Of a stretch of 64,000 nucleotides of DNA, positions 41,774 through 52,795 are shown piece after piece. The notes under the pieces were generated by a model. The model was not told the origin of the DNA. It did no database searches and saw only the letters and a program-made list of their open reading frames with translations. Within the stretch, counting starts at the first letter, position 1. Each line of letters opens with the position of its first letter. A program made the translations under genes and the position numbers. Source of the stretch: Deltaproteobacteria bacterium (GTDB lineage Bacteria > Desulfobacterota > GWC2-55-46 > UBA9637); the NCBI GenBank assembly GCA_016219285.1, contig JACRNJ010000006.1:4988-68987 (forward strand). The letters are read 5' to 3'.

Positions 41774-41874
41774 ATAACTACCCCTTAATTTCTGATTTTA
41801 GATCATGAACACGCAAGAATTGAATACTAACTTCTCGAAAATACACTCCTATCATTGCAATGTCCCGCCGTAAT

Positions 41875-43071
41875 TTACAGATTAATTCTTTCTCTCGGAA
41901 TCGCATATATAACAGCGCCGGTTCCAAGCCAACTATGCACTCGAAAATAGTAAATGTAGTTATCAAGATGAGACATTATTTCATCGGGAAGTTTCCACAA
42001 TCCGTCCCTATTATGATACGCGGTTACCGTAAGTATCGGACGATTTGTCATAATTGTCTCCAATCCCCCGCTAATAGCGCTACGCTCCCAACCTTCAATG
42101 TGAATCTTGATGAATGTTGCGGGAATCGACATATCATCAAGGGCTTTAACGTTAACATCTGTTTGCCCTAATTCACTGAATTGAGACGCATATCCTAATC
42201 CGCGATAAAAAGGTTTATGATTCTCCATGGATCCAACAGCGCACTCCAGCAAATGGATTTTTCCTTTTTCCCCTGGCATGTTTTTCTCCAAACAATTACG
42301 AAGCTTACTGAAATTTTCACCGTCAGGTTCGATAGCATAAATTTCTTTAAACTTGTTTTTCACTGCCTCCATGAATAGAATAATTACTTCTCCATGATGC
42401 GCGCCAATATCAACGAACACTTCATTGTCGCGTAATGCCCGCAACACTTGCGGTATGAAATATCGATCAGATGTCGTTACCGGCGCATCATCGAAGAACC
42501 ATTCTTCTCGCAAACTATGCCACGCAATAAACTGTAAATGATGGGCGCGAGAAATGTCATCTTCCCACCGGGATAAAACCGATTCAATGCCGCAGATATC
42601 TCCTTCGCTCAGTGTGCCAGAGTACCATCCATTGCTTAAAGGGTGGAGGCCACGATAAGCCTCGGCAATATCATAGAACGGCACCACGTCACGCCAACCT
42701 TGCTCCCTTAAAGGCGTAGTCACCTGGGAAAAAGGTACTAGTGCAACGCAAATAGCCAGTAGTGAAGATTCCCTTATATGAAGAGGTACATCTTGAATGC
42801 CGAAAATATCGACTCCCGCCCAGAAGGGATCTTTTCTATACAAATCAGGATATTTATCCACCACACATAAAAACGGGATGCAAAGCCGCTCAAGATATTC
42901 CTTAGCCAGTTTTCCAAAATTACTAGCGCCATACAATACCAGTGGCTTATCTACCTTACGCGCCGTAAAGAGAACCGGCCTCTTTGCGATAACGCGCAAC
43001 AACCGGCACGCCGTCTTTAGGTCAGGGGCTTTCTCGTATTTCACCGGAGCAATTGTATATTCTTCGCCCAT
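41875..43071 (-). CDS. FkbM-family methyltransferase
   Basis: 398 aa with an FkbM domain (VFVDIGAHHGEVIILF...EPDGENFSKL). Confidence 0.7.
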   Translation of the reverse strand: MGEEYTIAPVKYEKAPDLKTACRLLRVIAKRPVLFTARKVDKPLVLYGASNFGKLAKEYLERLCIPFLCVVDKYPDLYRKDPFWAGVDIFGIQDVPLHIRESSLLAICVALVPFSQVTTPLREQGWRDVVPFYDIAEAYRGLHPLSNGWYSGTLSEGDICGIESVLSRWEDDISRAHHLQFIAWHSLREEWFFDDAPVTTSDRYFIPQVLRALRDNEVFVDIGAHHGEVIILFMEAVKNKFKEIYAIEPDGENFSKLRNCLEKNMPGEKGKIHLLECAVGSMENHKPFYRGLGYASQFSELGQTDVNVKALDDMSIPATFIKIHIEGWERSAISGGLETIMTNRPILTVTAYHNRDGLWKLPDEIMSHLDNYIYYFRVHSWLGTGAVIYAIPRERINL

Positions 43072-44330
43072 AATCTCAGTTTCAAATTATCCGGAAAATG
43101 CCCGCTGAAATGAAACACCGTTCCTTTGCTTTTTTCAAACATCCCGTAACCAAGACGCTTGCCCTTATCCAGGTTGATACTGCCGTCTTCGGCAAAAATA
43201 GTTTTATCGCGTTGGCAGGAGAGAAACCACTCAGCCGGATCGGCGCCGAAAATTTCCGAAAAAACAATCTTTCTTTTTTCCATGGACATTACTGATTGAT
43301 AGTGCCCGTTGAGCGCGGCTTCCATCTTTTCCGCGGAAAATCTTTCTCTAACCGATTCGGATGCCTGTCTTCCCATCTTTTGCCTGTCCGCGGGGTTTTC
43401 GGATAACCACTTAATCGCCTCCGCGAATTCATCGGGCGAGCGGACAATTAATCCTGTCTTGCGGTCATCTACAATCCTGCGCTCCGCCGGATTACCCAGC
43501 ACGACTGGCACAATCCCCATGGCCATCGCTTCAAGGAGCGCGTTTTCGGTCGTCCCGTAGTGTTCCGGATTCAGAAGATACGCAAGCACGTTAATCGAGG
43601 CAAGCTCGGAAACTATATCCGTCGCGTACCCTCTGAAATCCAGCATTCCCGTCCTGCCTAAACTATCGCATTGTTGGTTCAGAATATCTTGATTCGCCGC
43701 ATCCCCGATCATTTTGACTCTGAACCCGGGTATATCCACCGCTGTCAAATAATCAACATAATCCGGATGAAGTTTTGCAAAATTCAGACTGCCGATATAC
43801 CCCGCTGAAATTTCTTTATTTGGTTTTTCAACAGGTTCGGGCAACCCGGAAAATCCTCCGCTACTAAATACTACGTCTAACCTGTCTCCGAGTTCGGGCA
43901 TCAAGCCTATTACCTCCTTGCTTTCAAACGAACAGGGGGACGTGAATAAAAATCTGTGCGAAGCCGACATCAACCCTTGAGGTATTATCGGGTTATGTAT
44001 TCCGGAAACATGGCTCCACGTAAGAAGCCGGATAGGCGGAATGGCCAAGGTGCAGAGCTGTTTAATCGTTTCCGGATGGTTCCACCACTCCAACTGAACG
44101 ATGTCCGAATCTCTTAATAATTTCTCCGTGCCATCCTTGCCCGGCCGTACAATTACCTCGCCTCCGCATTCGCGAATCCTGTCTACGAATTGCCCCTTTT
44201 CTGGTTCTTCCAGACAAACGATAAGGTGCCGCGCTCCTGAGCCCGATACGCTCGCCCGGGCAACGAGCCCGCTCAAAGCCTTGCCGACTCCGCCTCCGAC
44301 GTGAGCGGTTATATGGAGTACCTTAATCAA
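43041..44330 (-). CDS. Glycosyltransferase, GT4-like (GT-B)
   Basis: 429 aa. The C-terminal GT-B donor-binding region (EAMAMGIVPVVLGN...TGLIV) supports the call. Confidence 0.7.
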   Translation of the reverse strand: MIKVLHITAHVGGGVGKALSGLVARASVSGSGARHLIVCLEEPEKGQFVDRIRECGGEVIVRPGKDGTEKLLRDSDIVQLEWWNHPETIKQLCTLAIPPIRLLTWSHVSGIHNPIIPQGLMSASHRFLFTSPCSFESKEVIGLMPELGDRLDVVFSSGGFSGLPEPVEKPNKEISAGYIGSLNFAKLHPDYVDYLTAVDIPGFRVKMIGDAANQDILNQQCDSLGRTGMLDFRGYATDIVSELASINVLAYLLNPEHYGTTENALLEAMAMGIVPVVLGNPAERRIVDDRKTGLIVRSPDEFAEAIKWLSENPADRQKMGRQASESVRERFSAEKMEAALNGHYQSVMSMEKRKIVFSEIFGADPAEWFLSCQRDKTIFAEDGSINLDKGKRLGYGMFEKSKGTVFHFSGHFPDNLKLRLWAKNIQLLR

Positions 44331-45352
44331 CGTTGCTCCCTGCGGGAAACAATCAGCTTCTCAAAAAGTCTGTCCGCATATTGATCAATATCATCCGGTT
44401 GCCCGTGCGACATCTGCCCGCAATTGCCGCAAACCGGATGGGTTTTTCGTTTTTTCATCAAGAACATTTTCTGATATTCTTTTAATCTTTGCCCCATCCA
44501 AATATCTTTCACGCTTTCGGTTTTAACGTCCCCGATGATAAGTTTCCTGGACCAATCAAGAAAGCAGGCGCTTGCCGAACCGTCCGAATTGATTGAAAAA
44601 GAGTAGAAAACATAAGGACAGACCTGTACTTCTTTAATCTTTTGCCCGTAAATACCGAACTCTTTGTTTACTTCAACCCCCTTAATCTCAAATTCCGGCC
44701 AGCAGGACATTACATGTTCAATATAGACGCCGTCCGCGATATCGCCGAATATCTCATAAAACCTCTCTTTGTCTTCCTCTGTCAAGATATCCCCGTTTAC
44801 CTTTACGATAATTTCACATTGTTTTTTATTCTCGTAAAGATGTCGAATATTTTCAACAAGCTTTTCAAAATCTATTCTGCTCTTACAAAATTCCCAATAT
44901 TGCTTTGCGTCAATACCCTCGATAGAGATATTGATCCTGTCAAGGCCGGCCTCGACGAGCTCCATGTTTTTTCGGGGGGTCAATAAGACGGCATTGGTTG
45001 TCGTATCTATTCTTTCGGCGCATCTTTTCTCTTTCGCATACCTGATCATGTCGGCCAGTCCGGAGTTAAGAAGCGGCTCGCCATCTTTGTAAAGCCGTAA
45101 AACCTTAATAGGTTTTTCAAACTCGCAGATATCATCAATAATCTTTTTATAGAGTTCAAAACTCATTATTCCGTGGTTTCTCCCGGGCGTTTTTTTTATG
45201 AGCTCTTTATTGCCGGTCGGGCAGAATTTGCACTGAAAATTACAAATATCCGCAGGGTCTACGTTGATTATGAATGGAACACTTAGCGGAATAACAGTTT
45301 CCAGTTTTGTTCTATTTTCAAGATCAATACGTGGCTTTATTTTCGCTTTCAT
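44327..45352 (-). CDS. Radical SAM protein with SPASM/twitch-like C-terminal Cys motifs
   Basis: ICNFQCKFCPTGN (CxxxCxxC) plus C-terminal Cys motifs (CPYVF...ACFLDW...CGNCGQ). Confidence 0.7.
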   Translation of the reverse strand: MKAKIKPRIDLENRTKLETVIPLSVPFIINVDPADICNFQCKFCPTGNKELIKKTPGRNHGIMSFELYKKIIDDICEFEKPIKVLRLYKDGEPLLNSGLADMIRYAKEKRCAERIDTTTNAVLLTPRKNMELVEAGLDRINISIEGIDAKQYWEFCKSRIDFEKLVENIRHLYENKKQCEIIVKVNGDILTEEDKERFYEIFGDIADGVYIEHVMSCWPEFEIKGVEVNKEFGIYGQKIKEVQVCPYVFYSFSINSDGSASACFLDWSRKLIIGDVKTESVKDIWMGQRLKEYQKMFLMKKRKTHPVCGNCGQMSHGQPDDIDQYADRLFEKLIVSRREQR

Positions 45353-46285
45353 TTACCTTTCCTTGTGTTTTTTCCACCAATCTATAGTCCGTTCCAATCC
45401 TTGATCCAAGTCATAGCTTGGCATCCAACCTACTTCGCCGGTTAAACGTTCCACATCTGCAACTAACAATTTTGGCTCATTTATAGAAGAAGGATTGTCT
45501 CCAAACCGCACCAATTCTCTTTTATTCAATTTGTCAGCAATTGTATTAACAACGTCTTTCAGAGTTATTGGGTTACCTGAAGCAATATTAACCGGACCCG
45601 TAACACCGCTCTCTAAAAGAGACACGAATGCGGAGGCCACATCCTGAACATGGAGAAAGTCACGAATCAGATTGCCGTGTAAACAATGTGCAACCTGGTT
45701 TTTCAACAAAGAACAAATAATAGATGCTACTAACTTCTCGGGATATTCATAAGGGCCATACACAAAAAACACCCTTCCCCACGCGTAACTAAGGCCTATT
45801 TGATTTGCAAACTGTCTTGTCATTTCATGCAGACTGTTTTTACATGTGCCATAAAGGGTAGACGGCCGAAGGGGCGTAACTTTCTCGGAGCAATATCCGT
45901 ATGACCAATCATATTCGGCGGAAGTGCCCGCAATCACGGCGCGACGGCCGCCGTGTTCAACAAAATTCGCCATAACTTCCAAACTTGCCTGAACCCACCT
46001 AAAATTTTCAATAGACATCCAATACTTTCCCGGCACAGCGTACCAGGCAAAGTGAAGAAGATGCGTTGGTTTTATCTTGGCAAACAGTTGCTTCTGCTCC
46101 AAAGGATTCAAAAGGTCGCACCGGTGCCAGAACAAATTTTCCTTTCGAGCAAAGACCGGCTCTTTGGCATGGGAAACAGCATGAACTTCATACCCCATGT
46201 CTATGAGAAATGGAATTGCATGTCTTCCTATGAAACCGGACGCGCCGGTTAATAAAACTTTTTTGCCACTAAAGTAGTTGCTCAT
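45353..46285 (-). CDS. NAD(P)-dependent sugar epimerase/reductase (SDR family)
   Basis: TGASGFIGRH Rossmann motif and YxxxK-containing SDR core. Confidence 0.7.
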   Translation of the reverse strand: MSNYFSGKKVLLTGASGFIGRHAIPFLIDMGYEVHAVSHAKEPVFARKENLFWHRCDLLNPLEQKQLFAKIKPTHLLHFAWYAVPGKYWMSIENFRWVQASLEVMANFVEHGGRRAVIAGTSAEYDWSYGYCSEKVTPLRPSTLYGTCKNSLHEMTRQFANQIGLSYAWGRVFFVYGPYEYPEKLVASIICSLLKNQVAHCLHGNLIRDFLHVQDVASAFVSLLESGVTGPVNIASGNPITLKDVVNTIADKLNKRELVRFGDNPSSINEPKLLVADVERLTGEVGWMPSYDLDQGLERTIDWWKKHKER

Positions 46286-46311
46286 ATAATCCTGTAACGT
46301 CTCGTAAAATA

Positions 46312-47538
46312 TTACAGCACCTGCACGTCAGGCACTGCAATGACGAACTTGCCTCCCCACTCTCTTATGAAAGACATCTGCTCCATTACCTCTTCTTTAA
46401 TATTCCATGGAAGGATAAAGACATATTCGGGTTTGGTCTGTCTTATTTTATCAGGATGCTCAATGGGTATCCTGCTCCCTGGCAGAAAGAGACCCTGTTT
46501 TGCAGGATTTCTATCCACTACATATGGAATCAAATCGCATTTCACACCGGCAAAATTTAGCAAAGTGTTGCCTTTCGCTGCCGCACCATAACCTATAACT
46601 TGCTTACCGGAACTCCATGCCTGGATAAGAAACACAAGAAAGTCGTTTTTAATTTGGTTGGCTTTTGTCTGGAACACTTGATAGTAATCTGCTGAACTTA
46701 TACCGGCATCTGCTTCATCAAATAACACCCCTGCTACACGGTTGTGTATCGGATTCTTACCCGTAGCCTTTCGCTGTGCATATACACGAAGACTGCCGCC
46801 GTGGGTCGGAATTTCCTCGACATCAAAGACCTCAATACCATTAGCCCTTAAAATACTGTCAACAGCAGTAAGGGACAAATAGGAATAATGCTCGTGGTAG
46901 ATGGTGTCAAACTGGCTCTCTGCAACCATCCGCAAGAGATGCGGGAATTCAAAGGTTGCTACCCCGCGCGGTTTGAGCAGACGGGCGAAGCCCGAAACAA
47001 AGCCGTTGATATCCGGCACATGGGCAAGGACATTGTTTGCAATAATCAAGTCTGCCTGCCTGCCATCCTTCGCAAGACGTTCTGCGAGAGAAACACCAAA
47101 GAACTCCTCAATGATGTATATTCCTTTGGCTCTTGCCGCAACCGCAGTGCTTGCCGTCGGCTCAACACCGTAACAGGGGATGCCGCGTTCTTTGACATAT
47201 TGGAGCAGGTATCCGTCATTGGCAGCGATTTCAACCACCATGCTGTTTCGATTAAGATTGAAGCGTTCCGCTATCTTGGCAACATATTCTTTCGCATGCG
47301 CGAGCCATGTTGTTGAATAAGAGCTGAAATACGCATAGTCGGGGGCAAAAAGCTCTTCAGCGCCTGCATAATCCTCTGTTTGCGCAAGCCAGCAGTTGGT
47401 GCAGACAAGCACGCGCAAAGGGAACCATTTTTCCAGCGCCTTAAGTTGTTCTAGGGAAAGATATGCGTTTGAAGGCGGGGCAGTTCCAAGGTCTATGAAT
47501 CGCAGAGTTAACTCTGCTTTGCAGTGACGGCACTTCAT
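46312..47538 (-). CDS. NDP-hexose C-methyltransferase (TylCIII/EvaC-like; zinc-ribbon + Methyltransf_13/14)
   Basis: N-terminal CRHCKAELTL...C zinc-binding motif, a class I MTase core, and a C-terminal C-methyltransferase domain. Confidence 0.7.
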   Translation of the reverse strand: MKCRHCKAELTLRFIDLGTAPPSNAYLSLEQLKALEKWFPLRVLVCTNCWLAQTEDYAGAEELFAPDYAYFSSYSTTWLAHAKEYVAKIAERFNLNRNSMVVEIAANDGYLLQYVKERGIPCYGVEPTASTAVAARAKGIYIIEEFFGVSLAERLAKDGRQADLIIANNVLAHVPDINGFVSGFARLLKPRGVATFEFPHLLRMVAESQFDTIYHEHYSYLSLTAVDSILRANGIEVFDVEEIPTHGGSLRVYAQRKATGKNPIHNRVAGVLFDEADAGISSADYYQVFQTKANQIKNDFLVFLIQAWSSGKQVIGYGAAAKGNTLLNFAGVKCDLIPYVVDRNPAKQGLFLPGSRIPIEHPDKIRQTKPEYVFILPWNIKEEVMEQMSFIREWGGKFVIAVPDVQVL

Positions 47539-48104
47539 ACCGTTACCCCGTTGAATTGCATGTCAATAAAAGGATGGGCGCGGTCCCTGTCGGAAAGTTC
47601 AGTTATGGGAAGAGGCCATGCTATCCCGACACGCGGGTCTTGCACATTGAGAGCGCCTTCAGCGCTTGGGACATATCGCTCCGTATGCAGATAGAGCAGT
47701 TCGCAATCATCCGTCATGGTTTGAAAGCCGTGCGCAAATCCTTCGGGGATCAACAGACTTTTCCGATTTTCCGCGGAAAGTATTTCGGCATGCCATTTGA
47801 GAAAAGTAGGCGAATTTTTCCTGATGTCAACGGCGACATCATACGCTTCGCCCCGGATACAGGACACGACTTTTGTTTCCGAATGCGGGGGATATTGAAA
47901 ATGCAGGCCTCGCACCACCCCCTTTTTTGTCGTGAGGGTATGATTTATTTGCGCTATTGGTTTTTGCATGCCAAACTTTTTATATTCATCGGCGCAGTAA
48001 AACCTCGCGAAAAACCCCCTGACATCTCTTATCGGCTTACGTTGTACGACAACGAGGCCTTGCAAGCGTGTTAGTGTGCAATCAAAACGAGACGCCTTTG
48101 TCAT
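47535..48104 (-). CDS. NDP-4-keto-6-deoxyhexose 3,5-epimerase (RmlC-like cupin)
   Basis: 189 aa with the RmlC motifs (RGLHFQ...IRGEAYDVAVDIR...PEGFAHGF). Confidence 0.75.
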   Translation of the reverse strand: MTKASRFDCTLTRLQGLVVVQRKPIRDVRGFFARFYCADEYKKFGMQKPIAQINHTLTTKKGVVRGLHFQYPPHSETKVVSCIRGEAYDVAVDIRKNSPTFLKWHAEILSAENRKSLLIPEGFAHGFQTMTDDCELLYLHTERYVPSAEGALNVQDPRVGIAWPLPITELSDRDRAHPFIDMQFNGVTV

Positions 48105-49159
48105 ACGCTCTCCTCGTATGATTCAATTTGCTTAAGCGAGAATCGATGCATGTCGTCGGTTTTTCCATACCATGCCTTGTACCATGAAATCGTTTCCTTA
48201 ACAGCCCTGTCAATCGGCCAACTGGGGCGCCAGTCGAGATTGGTTCGCGCTTTAGTGATGTCAAGCCGCAGTATTCCTGCTTCGTGCAGCTTGTCCGATT
48301 TCTCTTGCGATACAACGGCGCCGCCGCCCCAGTAATCCGCCGCCTTTTGCGCTATTTCTCCTACCGTGGCATCGCCCGCCGCATCAGGGCCGAAATTCCA
48401 CGAATCTGAAAACGCTGCCGCCTCTGAGCCGAGCAGTTTTTCCGCAAGCAAAATGTAACCGCGTAAAGGTTCCAGCACATGCTGCCAGGGGCGTATCGCG
48501 TGCGGATACCGCAGTTCAACCTGCCGTTTTCCCGTAAAAGCGCGAATGCAATCGGGCAGCAATCTGTCCTCTGCCCAATCGCCGCCTCCGATGACATTGC
48601 CGGCGCGGGCAGACGCAACGGCAACATTGGCATCGGAAAAAAAACTGCTGCGGTAGGAAGCGGTTACAATTTCCGCGCACGCCTTGCTGGCGCTATAAGG
48701 GTCGTACCCGCCAAGCGCTTCGGTTTCACGGTAAGGATATACCCATCCTTTGTTTTCATAGCATTTGTCCGTAGTGACAACAACAACGGCGCGCACGCTT
48801 CGGGTGTTTCTCGCGGCTTCAAGAAGATTTACCGTGCCAAGTATATTCGTGTTTAATGTCTCAACCGGTTTTTTGTATGAAGGCCGAACAAGAGACTGCG
48901 CAGCAAGATGAAACACAATTTCAGGCCGTGCGTCGGCAAATGCGGCAGACAAGTCATCGAGATTTGTTACGTTTCCTTTTACGGTTCTTACAACCTTTTC
49001 AAGTCCGCACACTTCGAATAGGCTTGGTTTGGTGGGAGGCTCAAGCGAATATCCCGTAACATCAGCGCCCAAGCGCTTTAACCACATACTAAGCCATCCT
49101 CCCTTGAAACCGGTATGGCCTGTGATAAATACTTTTTTCCCTTTGAAGAAATCGTGCAT
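48101..49159 (-). CDS. rfbG: CDP-glucose 4,6-dehydratase
   Basis: 352 aa with the characteristic N-terminus (FKGKKVFITGHTGFKGGWLSMWL) and SDR core. Confidence 0.8.
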   Translation of the reverse strand: MHDFFKGKKVFITGHTGFKGGWLSMWLKRLGADVTGYSLEPPTKPSLFEVCGLEKVVRTVKGNVTNLDDLSAAFADARPEIVFHLAAQSLVRPSYKKPVETLNTNILGTVNLLEAARNTRSVRAVVVVTTDKCYENKGWVYPYRETEALGGYDPYSASKACAEIVTASYRSSFFSDANVAVASARAGNVIGGGDWAEDRLLPDCIRAFTGKRQVELRYPHAIRPWQHVLEPLRGYILLAEKLLGSEAAAFSDSWNFGPDAAGDATVGEIAQKAADYWGGGAVVSQEKSDKLHEAGILRLDITKARTNLDWRPSWPIDRAVKETISWYKAWYGKTDDMHRFSLKQIESYEESV

Positions 49160-49181
49160 ATGCTTAATTCACCTTATCCGC

Positions 49182-49958
49182 CTACCAGACCTTCCATTTT
49201 GCGGAGTTATTGTTCCACACATTGTTTAAGTAGTCCGTATCTCTGATTGTATCCATACACGCCCAAAACCCATTGTGTTTATAGACCATCAACTGCCCTT
49301 CTTCGGCAATCTTCTCAAGAGGGCCTATTTCAAGATCGCAAGAATCGTCTACTGTAAAGTAATCGAAAATCTCTCTGTTAAAGACAAAAAAACCGCCATT
49401 GACAAATCCTCTTCCGGTCTCCGGCTTTTCTTTCAACGTTTTGACGCGATTATCATCTATATTAAGTTCTCCAAAGCGCGACGCGGGGTTTATTCCTGTT
49501 AAGGTCGCAATCTTACCGTGTTTTTTATGAAAATCCAAAAGGTCGTTTATGTTGACATCGCAAAGCCCGTCTCCATAAGTAACCATAAAAATGTCTCCGT
49601 CAATATATGGCTCAAGTTTTTTAAGTCTTGCACCCTTAAGGGTCCTCTCTCCCGTGTCCACCATTGTAATTTGCCAGCCAGCCTCTTCGTGGCATTCATG
49701 TATGCGGAGTTCTCTCGGGTGACCCAGTTTGATACTAACAGCGCTATTCATAAGTTCGTAATGATAAAAATAATCTTTTATCATTTCTCCTTTGTATCCC
49801 AAGGCTAAGACAAAGTCATTATAGCCGTAATGCTCGTAACTTTTCATGATATGCCAAAGTATGGGCCGATGACCGATATGAACCATGGGCTTTGGACGGA
49901 ATTCCGTTTCTTCACGAAGACGAGCCCCTAATCCGCCGCAGAGAATAACTATTTTCAT
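49182..49958 (-). CDS. rfbF: Glucose-1-phosphate cytidylyltransferase
   Basis: 258 aa; the sequence MKIVILCGGLGARLREETEFRPKPMVHIGHRPILWHIM is a near-canonical RfbF start. Confidence 0.85.
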   Translation of the reverse strand: MKIVILCGGLGARLREETEFRPKPMVHIGHRPILWHIMKSYEHYGYNDFVLALGYKGEMIKDYFYHYELMNSAVSIKLGHPRELRIHECHEEAGWQITMVDTGERTLKGARLKKLEPYIDGDIFMVTYGDGLCDVNINDLLDFHKKHGKIATLTGINPASRFGELNIDDNRVKTLKEKPETGRGFVNGGFFVFNREIFDYFTVDDSCDLEIGPLEKIAEEGQLMVYKHNGFWACMDTIRDTDYLNNVWNNNSAKWKVW

Positions 49959-50347
49959 ATCACCCCTCCTTAATTTTCACTTCGTCAGGCATTCTCTGAA
50001 GAACAAAATTCATAACGACTTCTGCCAACTTGATCGCTTCCTCAACATCGGATGGATCCGGTTCCAACACATATAAGCCATTGCTGGATATCATGGATTT
50101 TAGCTTCATTCATAAAGCACCTTGCTTTTTTAAGGACGACCGTTGCCAATGATGCCGCCACATTTTTACTCCTCTCAACCTCATCGTGTATCTGCACAAT
50201 AACATCCACTGGCGTTCCTATACCGCGAAGACACCTATGTATCTGTCTGGCATGGCGATAAGAAGGCTCTTTGGAATGAGGCGCTATGATAAACAGATCA
50301 ATGTCGCTTGATTTCATAGGCTCACCACAGTCATGGGAGCCAGGGGG
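49959..50347 (-). pseudogene. Degraded minimal nucleotidyltransferase (MNT) gene: an in-frame stop immediately upstream of the conserved GS...DIDLFII core and a frameshifted C-terminus
   Basis: The upstream in-frame sequence reads *PPGSHDCGEPMKSSDIDLFII, with the stop cutting the family N-terminus. The C-terminal segment EAIKLAEVVMNFVLQRMPDE is encoded in another frame downstream of the ORF stop. Confidence 0.5.
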
Positions 50348-50434
50348 CTACGGCCTCAGTTATACGTTTTGTGATTTAGTTGAGTATTTGAGGTGCTATT
50401 TGTTTCATAAGCTTTTAATCTTAAACCAGTATTT

Positions 50435-51448
50435 TCATGCCAATTTAAAATATTTTTTATACCACTCCACAAACTTCTTAATCCCTTCCTCAATCGACGT
50501 GGCCGGTTTAAATCCCACATCATTTATCAAATCATCCACATCAGCATAAGTGGCAGGGACATCTCCTGGCTGTATGGGCAGCAGGTTTTTCTCTGCCTTT
50601 TTACCTATGGCATCCTCCAGAACCTCTATAAACCTCATAAGTTCAACCGGGTTGTTGTTGCCTATATTGTATAATTTATATGGCGCATAGCTTGTGGCCG
50701 AATCAGGATTATCTCCGCTCCAGGCTGGATTGGGCTTGGGTATTTTATCCATTACCCTGACCACCCCTTCTATAATATCATCTATGTAAGTAAAATCCCT
50801 TTTCATCTTTCCGTAATTGAATACATCTATTGTCTTTCCTTGCAATATGGCCTTTGTGAAGAGAAATAACGCCATGTCAGGCCTGCCCCAGGGTCCGTAA
50901 ACTGTAAAAAATCTTAGGCCTGTGCATGGGATATTGTAGAGGCTTGCGTATGTATGCGCCATAAGCTCATTTGCCTTTTTTGTGGCAGCATAAAGAGATA
51001 CAGGATGGTCGACATTGTGATGAACGGAAAATGGCATGTTTGTATTAGCCCCGTAAACAGAGCTTGATGAGGCAAAGACAAGGTGTTTGACTTTATTATG
51101 TCTGCATCCTTCGAGGATATTTAAGAATCCGTTTATATTGCTCTCAATGTAGGCATAAGGATTTATCAGAGAATATCTCACCCCTGCCTGCGCTGCCAGA
51201 TTAACCGCTGCATCAAAAGATTCTTCGGAAAAAAGGGAGGCTATGGATTTTCTATCTGCTATATCCATTTTGATGAATTTAAAATTCTTCATCCCATCAA
51301 TCTGTTTTAACCTGTCTTTTTTGAGATTGACATCATAGTAATCATTGAGGTTGTCAATCCCGAATACTTTATCTCCGCGATTAAGCAGTCTTTTGCAGAG
51401 GTGAAAACCTATAAAACCTGCCGCGCCGGTAACTAGTATCTTTTTCAT
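50435..51448 (-). CDS. NAD-dependent nucleotide-sugar epimerase (UDP-glucuronate 4-epimerase / Cap1J-like)
   Basis: 337 aa, extended SDR ([10 protein letters not shown]...YxxxK), paired with the upstream nucleotide-sugar dehydrogenase. Confidence 0.8.
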   Translation of the reverse strand: MKKILVTGAAGFIGFHLCKRLLNRGDKVFGIDNLNDYYDVNLKKDRLKQIDGMKNFKFIKMDIADRKSIASLFSEESFDAAVNLAAQAGVRYSLINPYAYIESNINGFLNILEGCRHNKVKHLVFASSSSVYGANTNMPFSVHHNVDHPVSLYAATKKANELMAHTYASLYNIPCTGLRFFTVYGPWGRPDMALFLFTKAILQGKTIDVFNYGKMKRDFTYIDDIIEGVVRVMDKIPKPNPAWSGDNPDSATSYAPYKLYNIGNNNPVELMRFIEVLEDAIGKKAEKNLLPIQPGDVPATYADVDDLINDVGFKPATSIEEGIKKFVEWYKKYFKLA

Positions 51449-52779
51449 GCCCTATATACCTTTCTGCTGTTTATTTTATTTTTTCTGAATGCATTTCTTG
51501 TGTCCAGGATGCACTGAGCGTGTCTTTCTATGAAGGCATAGTCATACGATGTGTGGTCTGTTGCCAGAAGCGCCATATCGGCGCCTTTCAATGCCTCTTC
51601 GGTAAGTTCGACGGATTTCATATTTATATCAGGATAGTGGCGATGTCCCTCGCATACAGGGACACAGGGGTCATTGTATGAAACATACGCTCCAAGTTTT
51701 TTCAAAAGCTGGATGATTTTTAACGAGGGCGACTCTCTCTGGTCGTCCACATCTTTTTTATAAGCTACCCCCAGAACAATTATCTTGGCGCCTTTTAGAG
51801 ATTTTCCCATTTCATTTAAGAGCCGCCCTGCCTTTTCTACAACATAATAGGGCATGGAGGTGTTTATCTCTCCTGCAAGCTCAATAAATCTGGTGGAAAA
51901 GTCGTATTCTCGGGCCTTCCATGTGAGATAAAATGGGTCTATGGGGATACAGTGTCCGCCAAGGCCGGGGCCTGGATAGAATGCCTCAAAGCCAAAAGGT
52001 TTTGTCTTGGCAGCTTCTATTACCTCCCATATATCAATTCCCATTTTGTCAAAAAGTATCTTGAGCTCATTAACAAGGGCTATATTTACCGCCCTGTAGA
52101 TATTTTCAAGCAATTTTGCAGCCTCTGCAGCCTTTGTGGAAGATACAGGCACTGTCTTCACAACTACGCAGTCGTATAGCGCTTTGGCAGCTTTGAGACA
52201 ATTCCCGGTATAACCGCCAACAACCTTTGGAATCGTATGCGTTGTAAAATCTTTTCTGACAGGGTCTTCTCTCTCAGGCGAAAAGGCCAGGTAAAAATCC
52301 TCTCCTGCCTTTAATCCTGTCTCTTCCAGTATCATCTTCATGTCTTGGTCTGTTGTGCCTGGATAAGTGGTGGATTCAAGAACAACTAGCTGCCATTTAC
52401 GGAGATATTTTGCAATAGTTCTGGTTGTATCAAACACATAGGATAAATCAGGCTCTCTATGCTCATTGAGCGGCGTGGGAACACAGATGATTATGCAATC
52501 CATATCTTTAAGATTAGAAAAAATTGTTGTTGCATTGAATCTCCCATCTTTAATAAAGTCTTTTATACTTTCAGATGGAATATGTTTTATATAGCTTTCG
52601 CCGTTATTAAGCATAGCCACTTTTTGCTGGTCAATGTCGAAACCTGTGACATTAAAACCAGCCCTGTGAAATTCTTTGATAAGCGGAAGGCCCACATAAC
52701 CAAGACCTATAATGCCAACAGTTGCATTTTTGTCTTTAACTTTTTTTAATAAGAACTCAACAGCATTTTCTTTATTCAT
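51445..52779 (-). CDS. Nucleotide-sugar dehydrogenase (UDP-glucose/GDP-mannose dehydrogenase family)
   Basis: [12 protein letters not shown] Rossmann motif and a catalytic Cys region (GGHCIPID). The likely start is MNKENAVEF. Confidence 0.8.
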   Translation of the reverse strand: MNKENAVEFLLKKVKDKNATVGIIGLGYVGLPLIKEFHRAGFNVTGFDIDQQKVAMLNNGESYIKHIPSESIKDFIKDGRFNATTIFSNLKDMDCIIICVPTPLNEHREPDLSYVFDTTRTIAKYLRKWQLVVLESTTYPGTTDQDMKMILEETGLKAGEDFYLAFSPEREDPVRKDFTTHTIPKVVGGYTGNCLKAAKALYDCVVVKTVPVSSTKAAEAAKLLENIYRAVNIALVNELKILFDKMGIDIWEVIEAAKTKPFGFEAFYPGPGLGGHCIPIDPFYLTWKAREYDFSTRFIELAGEINTSMPYYVVEKAGRLLNEMGKSLKGAKIIVLGVAYKKDVDDQRESPSLKIIQLLKKLGAYVSYNDPCVPVCEGHRHYPDINMKSVELTEEALKGADMALLATDHTSYDYAFIERHAQCILDTRNAFRKNKINSRKVYRA

Positions 52780-52795
52780 GTTGCCTCCTTGTGAA

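Noticed and set aside
47556-48074. 172-aa plus-strand ORF
   Set aside because: It is fully antisense to the RmlC-like epimerase gene, which has clear family motifs. The GC-rich region gives long accidental ORFs.
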